Source of the DNA: Centroscyllium fabricii
Taxonomy: Eukaryota
Direction: 5' to 3'
Assembly (NCBI GenBank): GCA_051313645.2
Contig: JBNRSN020000029.1
Coordinates: 10,478,001 to 10,542,000 of the forward strand
DNA length: 64,000 bases
Part shown: positions 32,601-47,500 of the stretch, one piece after another
How positions within the stretch are numbered: the first letter of the stretch is position 1
Layout of the letters: each line of letters begins with the position of its first letter
The notes under the pieces: generated by a model
Databases searched by the model: none
Seen by the model: the letters and a program-made list of their open reading frames with translations, nothing else
Told to the model about the DNA's origin: nothing
Position numbers and translations under genes: made by a program

Positions 32601-35600
32601 CCTCTATCTTTGTACTCTCTCTGCATCCTCTATCTCTGTTATCTCTGTATCCTCTATCTGTGTCCTCTCTCTGTATCCTCTGTCTGTTCTCTCTCTGTAT
32701 ACTCTATCTGTTCTCTCTCTTTATCCTCTATCTGTGGTCTCTCTGTATCCTCTATCTGTGTTCTCTCTCTGCATCCTCTATCTCTGTTCTCTCTGTATCC
32801 TCTATCTGTGTCCTCTCTCTGTATCCTCCAGCTGTGTTCTTTCTGTATCCTCAATCTGTGTTCTCTCTCTGTATCCTCTATCTGTTTTCTCTCTCTGTAT
32901 CCTCTACCTGTGTTCTCTCTGTATCCTCTATCTGTGTTCTCTGTCTGTATCCTCTATCTGTGTTCTCTCTCTGAATCCTCTATCTGTGTTCTCTCTCTGT
33001 ATCCTCTATCTGTGTTCTCTCTCTGTATCCTCTATCTGTTTTCTCTCTCGTTATCCTCTATCTGTATTCTCTCTCGTTATCCTCTTTCTGTGTTCTCTCT
33101 CTGTATCCTCTATCTGTGTTCTCTCTCTGTATCCTCTATCTGTGTTCTCTCTCTGTATCCTCTATCTGTTCTCTCTCTGTATCCTCTATCTTTGTTCCCT
33201 CTGTATCCTCTATCTCTGTTCTCTCTGTATCCTCTATCTGTGTTCTCTCTCTGTATCCTCTGTCTGTGTTCTCCCTCTGTATCATCTATCTGTTCTCTCT
33301 GTATCCTCTATCTGTTCTCTCTCTGTATCCTCTATCAGTGTTCTCTCTCTGTATCCTCTATCTGTGTTCTCTCTCTGTCTCCTCTATCTGTGTTCTCTCT
33401 GTATCCTCTATCTGTGTTCTCTCTCTGTGTCCTCTATCTGTGTTCTCTCTCTGTATCCTCTATCTGTTCTCTCTCTGTATCCTCTAACTATGTTCTCTCT
33501 CTGTATCCTCAATTTGTGTTCTCCCTGTATCCTTTATCTGTGTTCTCTCTCTGTATTCTCTATCTGTGTTCTGTCTCTGTATCCTCTTTCTGTGTTCTCT
33601 CTCTGTATCCTATATGTGTGTTCTCTCTCTATCCTATATCATTATTCTCTCTCTGTATCCTCTATCGGTGTTCGCTCTCTGTATCCTCTATCTGTTTTCT
33701 CTCTGTATCCTCTATCTGTGTACTCTCTCTGTATCCTCTATCTGTTCTCTCTCTTTAACCTCTATCTGTGTTCGCACTCTGTACCCTCTATCTGTTTTCA
33801 CTCTCTGTATCCTCTATCTGTGTTCTCTCTTTGTATCCTCTATCTGTGTTCTCTGTCTGTATCCTCTATCTGTGTTCTCTCTCTGTATCCTCTATCTGTG
33901 TTCTCTCTGTATCCTCTATCTGTGTTCTCTCTCATTGTATCCTCTATCTGTGTTCTCTCTATATCCTCTATCTGTGTCCTCTCTCTGTATCCTCTGTCTG
34001 TGTTCTTTCTCTGCTCCCTCTCTCTGTGTTCTTTCTCTGTTTCCTCTATCTGTGTAGTTTCTCTGCACCCTCTATCTCTGTTCTCTCTGTATCCTCTATC
34101 TGTGTACTCTCTCTGCATCCTCTATCTCTGTTATCTCTGTATCCTCTATCTGTGTCCTCTCTCTGTATCCTCTGTATTTTATCTGTCTGTATCCTCTATC
34201 TGTTCTCTCTCTGTATCCTCTATCTATGGTCTCTCTGTATCCTCTATCTGTGTTCTCTCTCTGCATCCTCTATCTCTGTTCTCTCTGTATCCTCTGTCTG
34301 TGTCCTCTCTCTGTATCCTCTATCTGTGATCTTTCTGTATCCTCAATCTGTGTTCTCTCTCTGTATCCTCTCTCTGTTTTCTCTCTCTGTATCCTCTATC
34401 TGTGTTCTCTCTGTATCCTCTATCTGTGTTCTCTGTCTGTATCCTCTATCTGTGTTCTCTCTCTGAATCCTCTATCTGTGTTCTCACTCTGTATCCTCTA
34501 TCTGTGTTCCCTCTCTGTATCCTCTGCCTGTGTTCTCTCTCTGTATCCTCTATCTGTGTTCTCTCTCTGTATCCTCTATCTGTGTTCTCTCTCTGTATCC
34601 TCTATCTGTGTTCTCTCTCTGTATCCTCTATCTGTGTTCTCTCTCGTTATCCTCTATCTGTGTTCTCTCTCGTTATCCTCTATCTGTGTTCTCTCTCTGT
34701 ATCCTCTATCTGTGTTCTCTCTCTGTATCCTCTATCTGTTTTCTCTCTCTGTATCCTCTATCTGTTCTCTCTCTGTATCCTCTATCATTGTTCCCTCTGT
34801 ATCCTCTATCTCTGTTCTCTCTGTATCCTCTATCTGTGTTCTCTCTCTGTATCCTCTGTCTGTGTTGTCTCTCTGTATCCTTTATCTTTTCTCTCTCTGT
34901 GTCCTCTATCTGTGTTCTCTCTCTGTATCCTCTATCTGTGTTCTCTCTCTGTATCCTCTATCTTTGTTCTCTCTCTGTATCCTCTATCTGTGATCTCTCT
35001 CTGTATCCTCTATCTGTGTACTCTCTCTGTATCCTCTATCTGTGTTCTCTCTCTGTATCATCTATCTGTTCTCTCTGTATCCTCTATCTGTTCTCTCTCT
35101 GTATCCTCTATCAGTGTTCTCTCTCTGTATCCTCTATCTGTGTTCTCTCTCTGTCTCCTCTATCTTTGTTCTCTCTGTATCCTCTATCTGTGTTCTCTCT
35201 CTGTATCCTCTATCTGTGTTCTCTCTCTGTATCCTCTATCTGTTCTCTCTCTGTATCTTCTATCTGTGTTCCCTCTGTATCCTCTATCTCTGTTCTCTCT
35301 GTATCCTCTATCTGTGTCCTCTCTCTGTATCCTCTATCTGTGTTCTTTCTGTATCCTCAATCTGTGTTCTCTCTCTGTATCCTCTACCTATGTTCTCTCT
35401 CTGTATCCTCAATTTGTGTTCTCCCTGTATCCTTTATTGGGTTCTCTCTCTGTATTCTCTATCTGTGTTCTATCTCTGTATCCTCTATCTGTATTCCCTC
35501 TCTGTATCCTCTATCTGTGTGCTGTCTGTATTCTCTATCTGTATTCTCTCTTTGTATCCTCTATATATGTTCTCTCTGCATCCTCTATCTGTTTTCTCTC

Positions 35601-37285
35601 TCTGTATCCTCTATCTGTGTTCTCTCTGTATCCTCTATCTGTTCTCTCTCTGTATCCTCTAGCTGTGTTCTCTCCGTATCCTCTATCTGTGTTCTCTCTC
35701 TGTATCCTCTATATGTGTTCTCTCTCTGTATCCTCTATCTGTGTTCTCTCTGTATCCTCTATCTGTGTTCTCTCTCTGTATCCTCTATCTGTGTTCTCTC
35801 TCTGTATCCTCTGTCGGTGTTCTCTCTCTGTATCATCTACCTGTTGTGTCCCTGTATCCTCTATCTGTGTTATCTCTGTATCCTCTATCTGTGATCTGTC
35901 TGTATCCTCTATCTGTATTCTCTCTGTATCCTCTATCTGTGTTCCCTCTGTATCCTCTATCTGTGTTCTCTCTGTATCCTCTATCTGTGTTCCCTCTCTG
36001 TATACTCTATCTGTGTTCCCTCTGTATCCTCTATCTGTATTCTCACTGAATCCTCTATCTGAGCTTCTCTCTCTGTATCCACTATCTGTGTTCTCTCTAT
36101 ATCCTCTATCTGTGTTCTCTCTGTATCCTCTATCTGTCTTCTCTCTCTGCATCCTCTGTCAGTGTTCCCTCTCTGTATCCTCTATCTGTGTTCTCTCTCT
36201 GTATCCTCTATCTGTGTTCTCTCTCTGTATCCTCTATCTGTGTTCTCTCTCTGTATCCTGTATCTGCGTTCTCTCTCTGTATCCTCTATCTGTGTTCTCT
36301 CTCTGTATCCTGTATCTATGTTCTCTCTCTGTATTCTCTATCTCTGTTCTCTCAGTACCCTCTACCTGTTTTCTCTCTCTGTATCCTCTATCTGTGTTCT
36401 TTCTCTGTATCCTCTATCTGTGTTCTCTCTCGCTGTATCCTCTATCTGTTTTCTCTCTGTATCCTCTATCTGTGTTCTCTCTGTATCCTCTATCTGTGTT
36501 CTTTCTCTGCACTCTCTATCTGTGTTCTCTCTCTGTATCCTCTATCTGTGTTCTCTCTGTATCCGCTTGCTGTGTTCTCTCTCTGTATCCTTTATCTGTG
36601 TTCTCTCTCTGTGTCCTCTATCTGTGCTCTCTCTGTATCCTCTATCTGTGTTCTCTCTCTGTATCCTCTATCTGTGTTCTCTCTGTATCCTCTAGCTCTG
36701 TTCTCTCTCTGTATCCTATATCTGTGTTCTCTCCCTGTAACCTCTATCTGTGTTCTCTCTCTGTATCCTCTATCTGTGTTCTCTCTCTGTATCCTCTATC
36801 TCTGTTCTCTATGTATCCTCTATCTGTGTTCTCTTTGTATCCTCTATCTGTGTTCTCTCTGTATCCTCCATCTGTGTTCTTTCTCTGCTCCCTCTGTCTG
36901 TGTTCTCTCTCTGTTTCCTCTATCTGTGTTATTTCTCTGCACCCTCTGTCTGTGTTCTCTCTCTGTATCCTCTACCTGTGTTCTCTCTGTATCCTCCATC
37001 TGTGTTCTTTCTCTGCTCCCTCTGTCTGTGTTCTCTCTCTGTTTCCTCCATCTGTGTACTTTCTCTGCACCCTCTATCTCTGTTCTCTCTGTATCCTCTA
37101 TCTGTGTACTCTCTCTGCATCCTCTATCTCTGTTATCTCTGTATCCTCTATCTGTGTCCTCTCTCTGTATCCTCTGTCTGTTCTCTCTCTGTATACTCTA
37201 TCTGTTCTCTCTCTTTATCCTCTATCTGTGGTCTCTCTGTATCCTCTATCTGTGTTCTCTCTCTGCATCCTCTATCTCTGTTCTC

Positions 37286-38551
37286 AAATTCAAATTCAAA
37301 TTCAAATTGCTTTATTGGCATGAATGGTATCAACCTTTGTTGCCAAAGCATTGTGGCATACATATAATACATTAGTTCGAAACATTGTAACATACATATA
37401 CATAATACATTTTTTTTTAAAGATTTAATAACAACAGTACTAACAGAGTATATATAACCGCATCCGTAGTGATATCAGTGGATATATAGCTTAAATGCAG
37501 TTTCAAACAATCACAGTCAATGTTGGTCATTTTCTGCCTGTGTGTGCGTGCATGTGGGTCAGTCATTGTCCCTCAGGTTGTGGCATGCTGTTACGTATTG
37601 TGCACCAAGCTGTGCCCTGTCTCCTTCGCCAAGGATTATTTTTAGTTTGAAGGTATCATCTAATTTTTTGAAATCTGGGATTTCTAGGCCCAGTTTGTCA
37701 AAGTATGATTTCCTTGTTTTTTCGAATTTTTTGCAATTTAGGAGGAAGTGCATCTCTGTTTCAACCTCATCTGTCAAGCAGTGACCGCATATTCTATCTT
37801 CTCTTGGCTGCCAGGATTTCTTCTGTCTTCCTTTTTCGACTGCCAACTGGTGGCCACTTAATCTGTACCTGGTGAGGGTCTGTCTCTGCTTTATATCTCT
37901 GACAGTTGAAAGATAGTCTGCCAATTTATATTCTCTTTCTAGGGAGCGGTAGCATTCTAGTCTGCTTTGGTTTTTTGTTGATTTTTCCCAATGTTCCAAA
38001 TATTTTTCTTTGCATTTTTTGATAATTTGGTTCACTCTAATTGGTGTTTGGAAAACAGTGTTGTTCTGAGACTGGTCAAGGTTTGACTGGGTAGGGGTAG
38101 TTAATCTCAGTACCACCTGGCACAGGGGACTCTTTTCTGGGTTCCGCTCTTGGGTTTGGAGTGCTTTAAACTGGAGGGAGTCTGGGTGGCTAGATTTAAG
38201 GTGATTCCAAAAGTTTAATATTCTTTTTTGGATATTTATGATCAGTGGGTATCTGCCTAGTTCCGCTCTACATGCGTTTGTTGGTGTTTTCCTTTGGGTG
38301 CGGAGAATGCTCCGGCAGAATTCCGCATGTAGGGCCTCCATTGTGTGCTTTTCCCATTTGTCATAGCTATGATGGCTGAGCGAACCCCACACTTCACTGC
38401 CATAAAGCGCAATGGGTTGGATTACGCTATCAAATATTTTAAGCCAGATTTTAATTGGGATTTGGATGTTGTAGAATTTTCTTTTGATTGCATACATAGC
38501 CCTTCGAGCTTTCTCTTTTAGTGCATTCACTGCCATGCTGAAGCTCCCTGA
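37286..38551 (-). mobile_element. 5'-truncated non-LTR retrotransposon (RTEX-like) with a (TTTGAA)n tail
   Basis: ORF 37559-38536 has LYGSEVWG, RAELGRYPL and RLS.H.L.VEKGR...CGHC..EVETEMHFLLNC. AATAAA followed by TTTGAA repeats at the 3' end. Clade call is from motif recall. Confidence 0.82.
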
Positions 38552-41500
38552 TCTCTCTGTATCCTCTATCTGTGTCCTCTCTCTGTATCCTCCAGCTGTG
38601 TTCTTTCTGTATCCTCAATCTGTGTTCTCTCTCTGTATCCTCTATCTGTTTTCTCTCTCTGTATCCTCTACCTGTGTTCTCTCTGTATCCTCTATCTGTG
38701 TTCTCTGTCTGTATCCTCTATCTGTGTTCTCTCTCTGAATCCTCTATCTGTGTTCTCTCTCTGTATCCTCTATCTGTGTTCTCTCTCTGTATCCTCTATC
38801 TGTTTTCTCTCTCGTTATCCTCTATCTGTGTTCTCTCTCGTTATCCTCTTTCTGTGTTCTCTCTCTGTATCCTCTATCTGTGTTCTCTCTCTGTATCCTC
38901 TATCTGTGTTCTCTCTCTGTATCCTCTATCTGTTCTCTCTCTGTATCCTCTATCTTTGTTCCCTCTGTATCCTCTATCTCTGTTCTCTCTGTATCCTCTA
39001 TCTGTGTTCTCTCTCTGTATCCTCTGTCTGTGTTCTCCCTCTGTATCCTTTATCTTTTCTCTCTCTGTATCCTCTATATGTGTTCTCTCTCTGTATCCTC
39101 TATCTGTGTTCTCTCTCTGTATCCTCTATCTGTGTTCTCTCTCTGTATCCTCTATCTGTGATCTCTCTCTGTATCCTCTATCTGTGTACTCTCTCTGTAT
39201 CCTCTATCTGTGTTCTCTCTCTGTATCATCTATCTGTTCTCTCTGTATCCTCTATCTGTTCTCTCTCTGTATCCTCTATCTGTGTTCTCTCTCTGTCTCC
39301 TCTATCTGTGTTCTCTCTGTATCCTCTATCTGTGTTCTCTCTCTGTGTCCTCTATCTGTGTTCTCTCTCTGTATCCTCTATCTGTTCTCTCTCTGTATCC
39401 TCTAACTATGTTCTCTCTCTGTATCCTCAATTTGTGTTCTCCCTGTATCCTTTATCTGTGTTCTCTCTCTGTATTCTCTATCTGTGTTCTATCTCTGTAT
39501 CCTCTATCTGTATTCCCTCTCTGTATCTTCTATCTGTGTGCTGTCTGTATTCTCTATCTGTATTCTCTCTTTGTATCCTCTATATGTTCTCTCTGCATCA
39601 TCTATCTGTTTTCTCTCTCTGTATCCTGTATCTGTGTTCTCTCTGTATCCTCTATCTGTTCTCTCTCTGTGTCCTCTAGCTGTGTTCTCTCCGTATCCTC
39701 TATCTGTGTTCTCTCTGTATCCTCTATCTGTGTTCTCTCTCTGTATCCGCTATCTGTGTTCTCTCTCTGTATCCTCTATCGGTGTTCTCTCTCTGTATCC
39801 TCTACCTGTTGTGTCCCTGTATCCTCTATCTGTGTTATCTCTGTATCCTCTATCTGTGATCTGTCTGTATCCTCTATCTGTATTCTCTCTGTATCCTCTA
39901 TCTGTGTTTCATCTGTATCCTCTATCTGTGTTCTCTCTGTATCCTCTATCTGTGTTCCCTCTCTGTATACTCTATCTGTGTTCCCTCTGTATCCTCTATC
40001 TGTATTCTCACTGAAACCTCTATCTGTGTTCTCTCTCTGTATCCACTATCTGTGTTCTCTCTATATCATCTATCTGTGTTCTCTCTGTATCCTCTATCTG
40101 TCTTCTCTCTCTGCATCCTCTGTCAGTGTTCCATCTCTGTATCCTCTATCTGTGTTCTCTCTCTGTATCCTCTATCTGTGTTCTCTCTCTGTATCCTCTA
40201 TCTGTGTTCTCTCTCTGTATCCTGTATCTGCGTTCTCTCTCTTTATCCTCTATCTGTGTTCTCTCTCTGTATCCTCTATCTATGTTCTCTCTCTGTATTC
40301 TCTATCTCTGTTCTCTCATTACCCTCTACCTGTTTTCTCTCTCTGTATCCTCTATCTGTGTTCTTTCTCTGTATCCTCTATCTGTGTTCTCTCTCGCTGT
40401 ATCCTCTATCTGTTTTCTGTCTGTATCTTCTATCTGTGTTCTCTCTGTATCCTCTATCTGTGTACTTTCTCTGCACCCTCTATCTGTGTTCTCTCTCTGT
40501 ATCCTCTATCTGTGTTCTCTCTGTATCCACTTGCTGTGTTCTCTCTCTGTATCCTTTATCTGTGTTCTCTCTCTGTGTCCTCTATCTGTGTTCTCTCTGT
40601 ATCCTCTATCTGTGTTCTCTCTCTGTATCCTCTATCTGTGTTCTCTCTGTATCCTCTAGCTCTGTTCTCTATCTGTATCCTATATCTGTGTTCTCTCCCT
40701 GTAACCTCTATCTGTGTTCTCTCTCTGTATCCTCTATCTGTGTTCTCTCTCTGTATCCTCTATCTCTGTTCTCTCTGTATCCTCTATCTGTGTTCTCTCT
40801 GTATCCTCTATCTGTGTTCTCTCTGTATCCTCCATCTGTGTTCTTTCTCTGCTCCCTCAGTCTGTGTTCTCTCTCTGTTTCCACTATCTGTGTTATTTCT
40901 CTGCACCCTCTGTCTGTGTTCTCTCTCTGTATCCTCTATCTGTGTTCTCTCTGTATCCTCCATCTGTGTTCTTTCTCTGCTCCCTCTGTCTGTGTTCTCT
41001 CTCTGTTTCCTCTATCTGTGTACTTTCTCTGCACCCTCTATCTCTGTTCTCTCTGTATCCTCTATCTGTGTTCTCTCTCTGCATCCTCTATCTCTGTTCT
41101 CTCTGTATCCTCTATCTGTGTTCTCTCACTGTATCCTCTGTCTCTGTTCTCTCTCTGTATCCTTTATCCTTTCTCTCTCTGTATCCTCTATCTGTGTTCT
41201 CTCTCTGTATCCTCTATCTGTGTTCTCTCTCTGTATCCTCTATCTGTGTTCTCTCTCTGTATCCTCTATCTGTGATCTCTCTCTGTATCCTCTATCTGTG
41301 TACTCTCTCTGTATCCTCTATCTGTGTTTTCTCTCTGTATCATCTATCTGTTCTCTCTGTATCCTCTATCTGTTCTCTCTCTGTATCCTCTATCAGTGAT
41401 CTCTCTCTGTATCCTCTATCTGTGTTCTCTCTCTGTCTCCTCTGTCTGTGTTCTCTCTGTATCCTCTATCTGTGTTCTCTCTCTGTATCCTCTATCTGTG

Positions 41501-44500
41501 TTCTCTCTCTGTATCCTCTATCTGTTCTCTCTCTGTATCTTCTATCTGTGTTCCCTCTGTATCCTCTATCTCTGTTCTCTCTGTATCTATCTGTGTCCTC
41601 TCTCTGTATCCTCTATCTGTGTTCTTTCTGTATCCTCAATCTGTGTTCTCTCTCTGTATCCTCTACCTATGTTCTCTCTCTGTATCCTCAATTTGTGTTC
41701 TCCCTGTATCCTTTATCTGTGTTCTCTCTCTGTATTCTCTATCTGTGTTCTATCTCTGTATCCTCTATCTGTATTCCCTCTCTGTATCCTCTATCTGTGT
41801 GGTGTCTGTATTCTCTATCTGTATTCTCTCTTTGTATCCTCTATATATGTTCTCTCTGCATCCTCTATCTGTTTTCTCTCTCTGTATCCTCTATCTGTGT
41901 TCTCTCTGTATCCTCTATCTGTTCTCTCTCTGTATCCTCTAGCTGTGTTCTCTCTGTATCCTCTATCTGTGTTCTCTCTCTGTATCCTCTATATGTGTTC
42001 TCTCTCTGTATCCTCTATCTGTGTTCTCTCTGTATCCTCTATCTGTGTTCTCTCTCTGTATCCTCTATCTGTGTTCTCTCTCTGTATCCTCTATCTTTGT
42101 TCTCTCTCTGTATCCTCTACCTGTTGTGTCCCTGTATCCTCTATCTGTGTTATCTCTGTATCCTCTATCTGTGATCTGTCTGTATCCTCTATCTGTATTC
42201 TCTCTGTATCCTCTATCTGTTTTCCATCTGTATCCTCTAACTGTGTTCTCTCTGTATACTCTATCTGTGTTCCCTCTCTGTATACTCTATCTGTGTTCCC
42301 TCTGTATCCTCTATCTCTATTCTCACTGAATCCTCTATCTGTGTTATCTCTCTGTATCCACTATCTGTGTTCTCTCTATATCATCTATCTGTGTTCTCTC
42401 TGTATCCTCTATCTGTCTTCTCTCTCTGCATCCTCTGTCAGTGTTCCCTCCCTGTATCCTCTATCTGTGTTCTCTCTCTCTGTATCCTCCATCTGTATTC
42501 TCTCTCTGTATCCTCTATCTGTGTTCTCTCTCTGTATCCTGTATCTGCATTCTCTCTCTGTATCCTCTATCTGTGTTCTCTCTCTGTATCCTCAATCTAT
42601 GTTCTCTCTCTGTATTCTCTATCTCTGTTCTCTCAGTACCCTCTACCTGTTTTCTGTCTCTGTATCCTCTATCTGTGTTCTTTCTCTGCACCCTCTATCT
42701 GTGTTCTCTCTCTGTAACCTCTATCTGTGTTCTCTCTCTATCCGCTTGCTTTGTTCTCTCTCTGTATCCTTTATCTGTGTTCTCTCTCTGTGTCCTCTAT
42801 CTGTGTTCTCTCTGTATCCTCTATCTGTGTTCTCTCTCTGTATCTTCTATCTGTGTTCTCTCTGTATCCTCTAGCTCTGTTCTCTCTCTGTATCCTATAT
42901 CTGTGATCTCTCCCTGTAACCTCTATCTGAGTTCTCTCTCTGTATCCTCTATCTGTGTTCTCTCTCTGTATCCTCTACCTCTGATCTCTCTCTGTATCCT
43001 CTATCTGTGTTCTCTCTGTATCCTCTATCTGTGTTCTCTCTGTATCCTCCATCTGTGTTCTTTCTCTGCTCCCTCTGTCTGTGTTCTCTTTCTTTTTCCT
43101 CTATCTGTGTTATTTCTCTGCACCCCAAGTCTGTGTTCTCTCTCTGTATCCTCTATCTGTGTTCTCTCTGTATCCTCCATCTGTGTTCTTTCTCTGCTCC
43201 CTCTGTCTGTGTTCTCTCACTGTTTCCTCTATCTGTGTACTTTCTCTGCACCCTCTATCTCTGTTCTCTCTGTATCCTCTATCTGTGTTCTCTCTCTGCA
43301 TCCTCTATCTCTGTTATCTCTGTATCCTCTATCTGTGTCCTCTCTCTGTATCCTCTGTCTGTTCTCTCTCTGTATCCTCTACCGGTTCTCTCTCTGTATC
43401 CTCTACCTGTGGTCTCTCTGTATCCTCTATCTGTGTTCTCTCTCTGCATCCTCTAACTCTGTTCTCTCTGTATCCTCTATCTGTGTCCTCTCTCTGTATC
43501 CTCTATCTGTGTTCTTTCTGTATCCTCAATCTGTGTTCTCTCTCTGTATCCTCTATCTGTTTTCTCTCTCTGTATCCTCTATCTGTGTTCTCTCTGTATC
43601 CTCTATCTGTGTTCTCTGTCTGTATCCTCTATCTGTGTTCTCTCTCTGAATCCTCTATCTGTGTTCTCTCTCTGTATCCTCTATCTTTGTTCCCTCTCTG
43701 TATCCTCTGTCTGTGTTCTCTCTCTGTATCCTCTATCTGTGTTCTCTCTCTGTATCCTCTATCTGTTTTCTCTCTCTGTATCCTCTATCTGTGTTCTCTC
43801 TCTGTATCCTCTATCTGTGTTCTCTCTCTGTATCCTCTATCTGTGTTCTCTCTCATTATTCTCTATCTGTGTTCTCTCTCGTTATCCTCTATCTGTGTTC
43901 TCTCTCTGTATCTTCTATCTGTGTTCTCTCTCTGTATCCTCTATCTGTGTTCTCTCTCTGTATCCTCTATCTGTTCTCTCTCTGTATCCTCTATCTTTGT
44001 TCCCTCTGTATCCTCTATCTCTGTTCTCTCTGTATCCTCTATCTGTGTTCTCTCTATGTATCCTCTGTCTGTGTTCTCTCTCTGTATCCTTTATCTGTTC
44101 TCTCTCTGTATCCTCTATCTGTGTTCTCTCTCTGTACCCTCTATCTGTGTTCTCTCTCTGTATCCTCTATCTGTGTTCTCTCTCTGTATCCTCTATCTGT
44201 GTTCTCTCTCTGTATCCTCTATCTGTGTACTCTCTCTGTATCCTCTATCTGTGTTCTCTCTCTGTATCATCTATCTGTTCTCTCTGTATCCTCTATCTGT
44301 TCTCTCTCTGTATCCTCTATCAGTGTTCTCTCTCTGTATCCTCCATCTGTGTTCTCTCTCTGTATCCTCTATCAGTGTTCTCTCTGTATCATCTATCTGT
44401 TTTCTCTCTCTGTATCCTCTATCTGTGTTCTATCTCTGTATCTTCTATCTGTTCTCTCTCTGTATCTTCTATCTGTGTTCCTTCTGTATCCTCTATCTCT

Positions 44501-47500
44501 GTTCTCTCTGTATCTTCTATCTGTGTTCTCTCTCTGTATCCTCTATCTGTGTTCTCTCTCTGTATCCTCTATCTGTGTTCTCTCTCTGTATCCTCTATCT
44601 GTGTTCTCTCATTGTATCCTCTATCTGTGTTCTCTCTCTGTATCCTCTATCTGTTCCCTCTGTATCCTCTATCTGTTCTCTCTCTGTATCCTTTATCCGT
44701 GTTCTCTCTCTGTATCCTCTATCTGTGTTCTCTCTCTCTATCCTCTACCTGTGTTCTCTCTCTGTATCCGCTATTTGTTCTCTCTCTGTATCCTCTAGGT
44801 GTGTTCTCTCTGTATCCTCTATCTGTGTTCTCTCTCTGTATCCGCTATTTGTTCTCTCTCTGTATCCTCTATCTCTGTTCTCTCTGTATCCTCTATCTGT
44901 GTTCTCTCTATGTATCCTCTGTCTGTGTTCTCTCTCTGTATCCTTTATCTGTTCTCTCTCTGTATCCTCTATCTGTGTTCTCTCTCTGTACCCTCTATCT
45001 GTGTTCTCTCTCTGTATCCTCCATCTGTGTTCTCTCTCTGTATCCTCTATCTGTGTTCTCTCTCTGTATCCTCTATCTGTGTACTCTCTCTGTATCCTCT
45101 ATCTGTGTTCTCTCTCTGTATCATCTATCTGTTCTCTCTGTATCCTCTATCTGTTCTCTCTCTGTATCCTCTATCAGTGTTCTCTCTCTGTATCCTCCAT
45201 CTGTGTTCTCTCTCTGTATCCTCTATCAGTGTTCTCTCTGTATCCTCTATCTGTGTTCTCTCTCTGTATCCTCTATCTGTGTTCTATCTCTGTATCCTCT
45301 ATCTGTTCTCTCTCTGTATCTTCTATCTGTTTTCACTCTGTATCCTCTATCTGTTCACTCTCTGTATCCTCTATCCGTGTTCTCTCTCTGTATCCTCTAT
45401 CTGTGTTCTCTCTCTCTATCCTCTACCTGTGTTCTCTCTCTGTATCCGCTATTTGTTCTCTCTCTGTACCCTCTAGCTGTGTTCTCTCTGTATCCTCTAT
45501 CTGTGTTCTCTCTCTGTATCCTCTATCTGTTTTCTCTCTGTATCCTCTATCTGTTCTCTCTCTGTATCCTCTATCTGTGTTGTCTGTGTATATTCTATCT
45601 GTGTTCTCTCTCTGTATCCTCTGTCTGTTCTCTCTCTGTATGCTCTATCTGTTCTCTCTCTGTATCCTCTATCGGTGTTCTCCCTCTGTATCCTCTATCT
45701 GTGTTCTCTCTCTGTATCCTCTGTCTGTGTTCTCTCTGTATCCTCTATCTGTGTTCTCTCTGTATCCTCTATCTGTTCTCTCTCTGTATCCTCTATCTGT
45801 GTTCTCTCTGTATCCTCTATCTGTGTTCTCTCTCTGTATCCTCTATCTGTTCTCTCTCTGTATCCTCTATCTGTGTTCTCTCTCTGTATCCTCTATCGGT
45901 GTTCTCTCTCTGTATCCTCTACCTGTTGTGTCCCTGTATCCTCTATCTGTGTTATCTCTGTATCCTCTATCTGTGATCTGTCTGTATCTATCTGTGTTCT
46001 CTCTGTATCCTCTATCTGTGTTCCATCTGTATCCTCTATATGTGTTCTCTCTGTATCCTCTATCTGTGTTCCCTCTCTGTATACTCTGTCTGTGTTCTCT
46101 CTGTATCCTCTATCTGTATTCTCACAGAATCCTCTGTCTGTCTGCTCCCTCTGTATCCACTATCTGTGTTCTCTCTATATCCTCTATCTGTGTTCTCTCT
46201 GTATCCTCTATCTGTCTTCACTCTCTGCATCCTCTGTCAGTGTTCCCTCTCTGTATCCTCTATCTGTGTTCTCTCGCTGTATCCTCTATCTGTGTTCTCT
46301 CTCTGTATCCTGTATCTGCGTTCTCTCTCTGTATCCTCTATCTGTGTTCTCTCTCTTTATCCTCTATCTATGTTCTCTCTCTGTATTCTCTATCTCTGTT
46401 CTCTCAGTACCCTCTACCTGTTTTCGCTCTCTGTATCCTCTATCTGTGTTCTTTCTCTGTATCCTCTATCTGTGTTCTCTCTCACTGTATCCTCTATCTG
46501 TTTTCTCTCTGTATCCTCTATCTGTGTTCTCTCTGTATCTTCTATCTATGTTCTTTCTCTGCACCCTCTATCTGTGTTCTCTCTCTGTATCCTCTATCTG
46601 TGTTCTCTCTGTATCCGTTTGCTGTGTTCTCTCTCTGTATCCTTTATCGGTGTTCTCTCTCTGTATCCTCTATCTGTGTTCTCTCTGTATCCTCTATCTG
46701 TGTTCTCTCTCTGTATCCTCTATCTGTGTTCTCTCTGTATCCTCTATCTGTGTTCTCTCTGTATCCTCTAGCTGTGTTCTCTCTCTGTACCCTATATCTG
46801 TGTTCTCTCCCTGTAACCTCTATCTGTGTTCTCTCTCTGTATCCTCTATCTGTGTTCTCTCTCTGTATCCTCTATCTCTGTTCTCTCTGTATCCTCTATC
46901 TGTGTTCTCTCTGTATCCTCTATCTGTGTTCTCTCTGTATCCTCCATCTGTGTTCTTTCTCTGCTCCCTCTGTCTGTGTTCTCTCTCTGTTTCCTCTATC
47001 TGTGTTCTTTCTCTGCACCCTCTGTCTGTGTTCTCTCTCTGTACCCTCTATCTGTGTTCTCTCTCTGTATCCTCTATCTGTGTTCTCTCTCTGTATCCTC
47101 TATCTGTGTTCTCTCTCTGTATCCTCTATCTGTGTACTCTCTCTGTATCCTCTATCTGTGTTCTCTCTCTGTATCATCTATCTGTTCTCTCTGTATCCTC
47201 TATCTGTTCTCTCTCTGTATCCTCTATCAGTGTTCTCTCTCTGTATCCTCCATCTGTGTTCACTCTCTGTATCCTCTATCAGTGTTCTCTCTGTATCCTC
47301 TATCTGTGTTCTCTCTCTGTATCCTCTATCTGTGTTCTATCTCTGTATCCTCTATCTGTTCTCTCTCTGTATCTTCTATCTGTGTTCCTTCTGTATCCTC
47401 TATCTCTGTTCTCTCTGTATCTTCTATCTGTGTTCTCTCTCTGTATCCTCTATCTGTGTTCTCTCTCTGTATCCTCTATCTGTGTTCTCTCTCTGTATCC

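Noticed and set aside
44795-44805. Recursive splice site (CTAG|GTGTGT) in the satellite
   Set aside because: A single variant with a weak donor, expected by chance among more than a thousand units. No transcript evidence.
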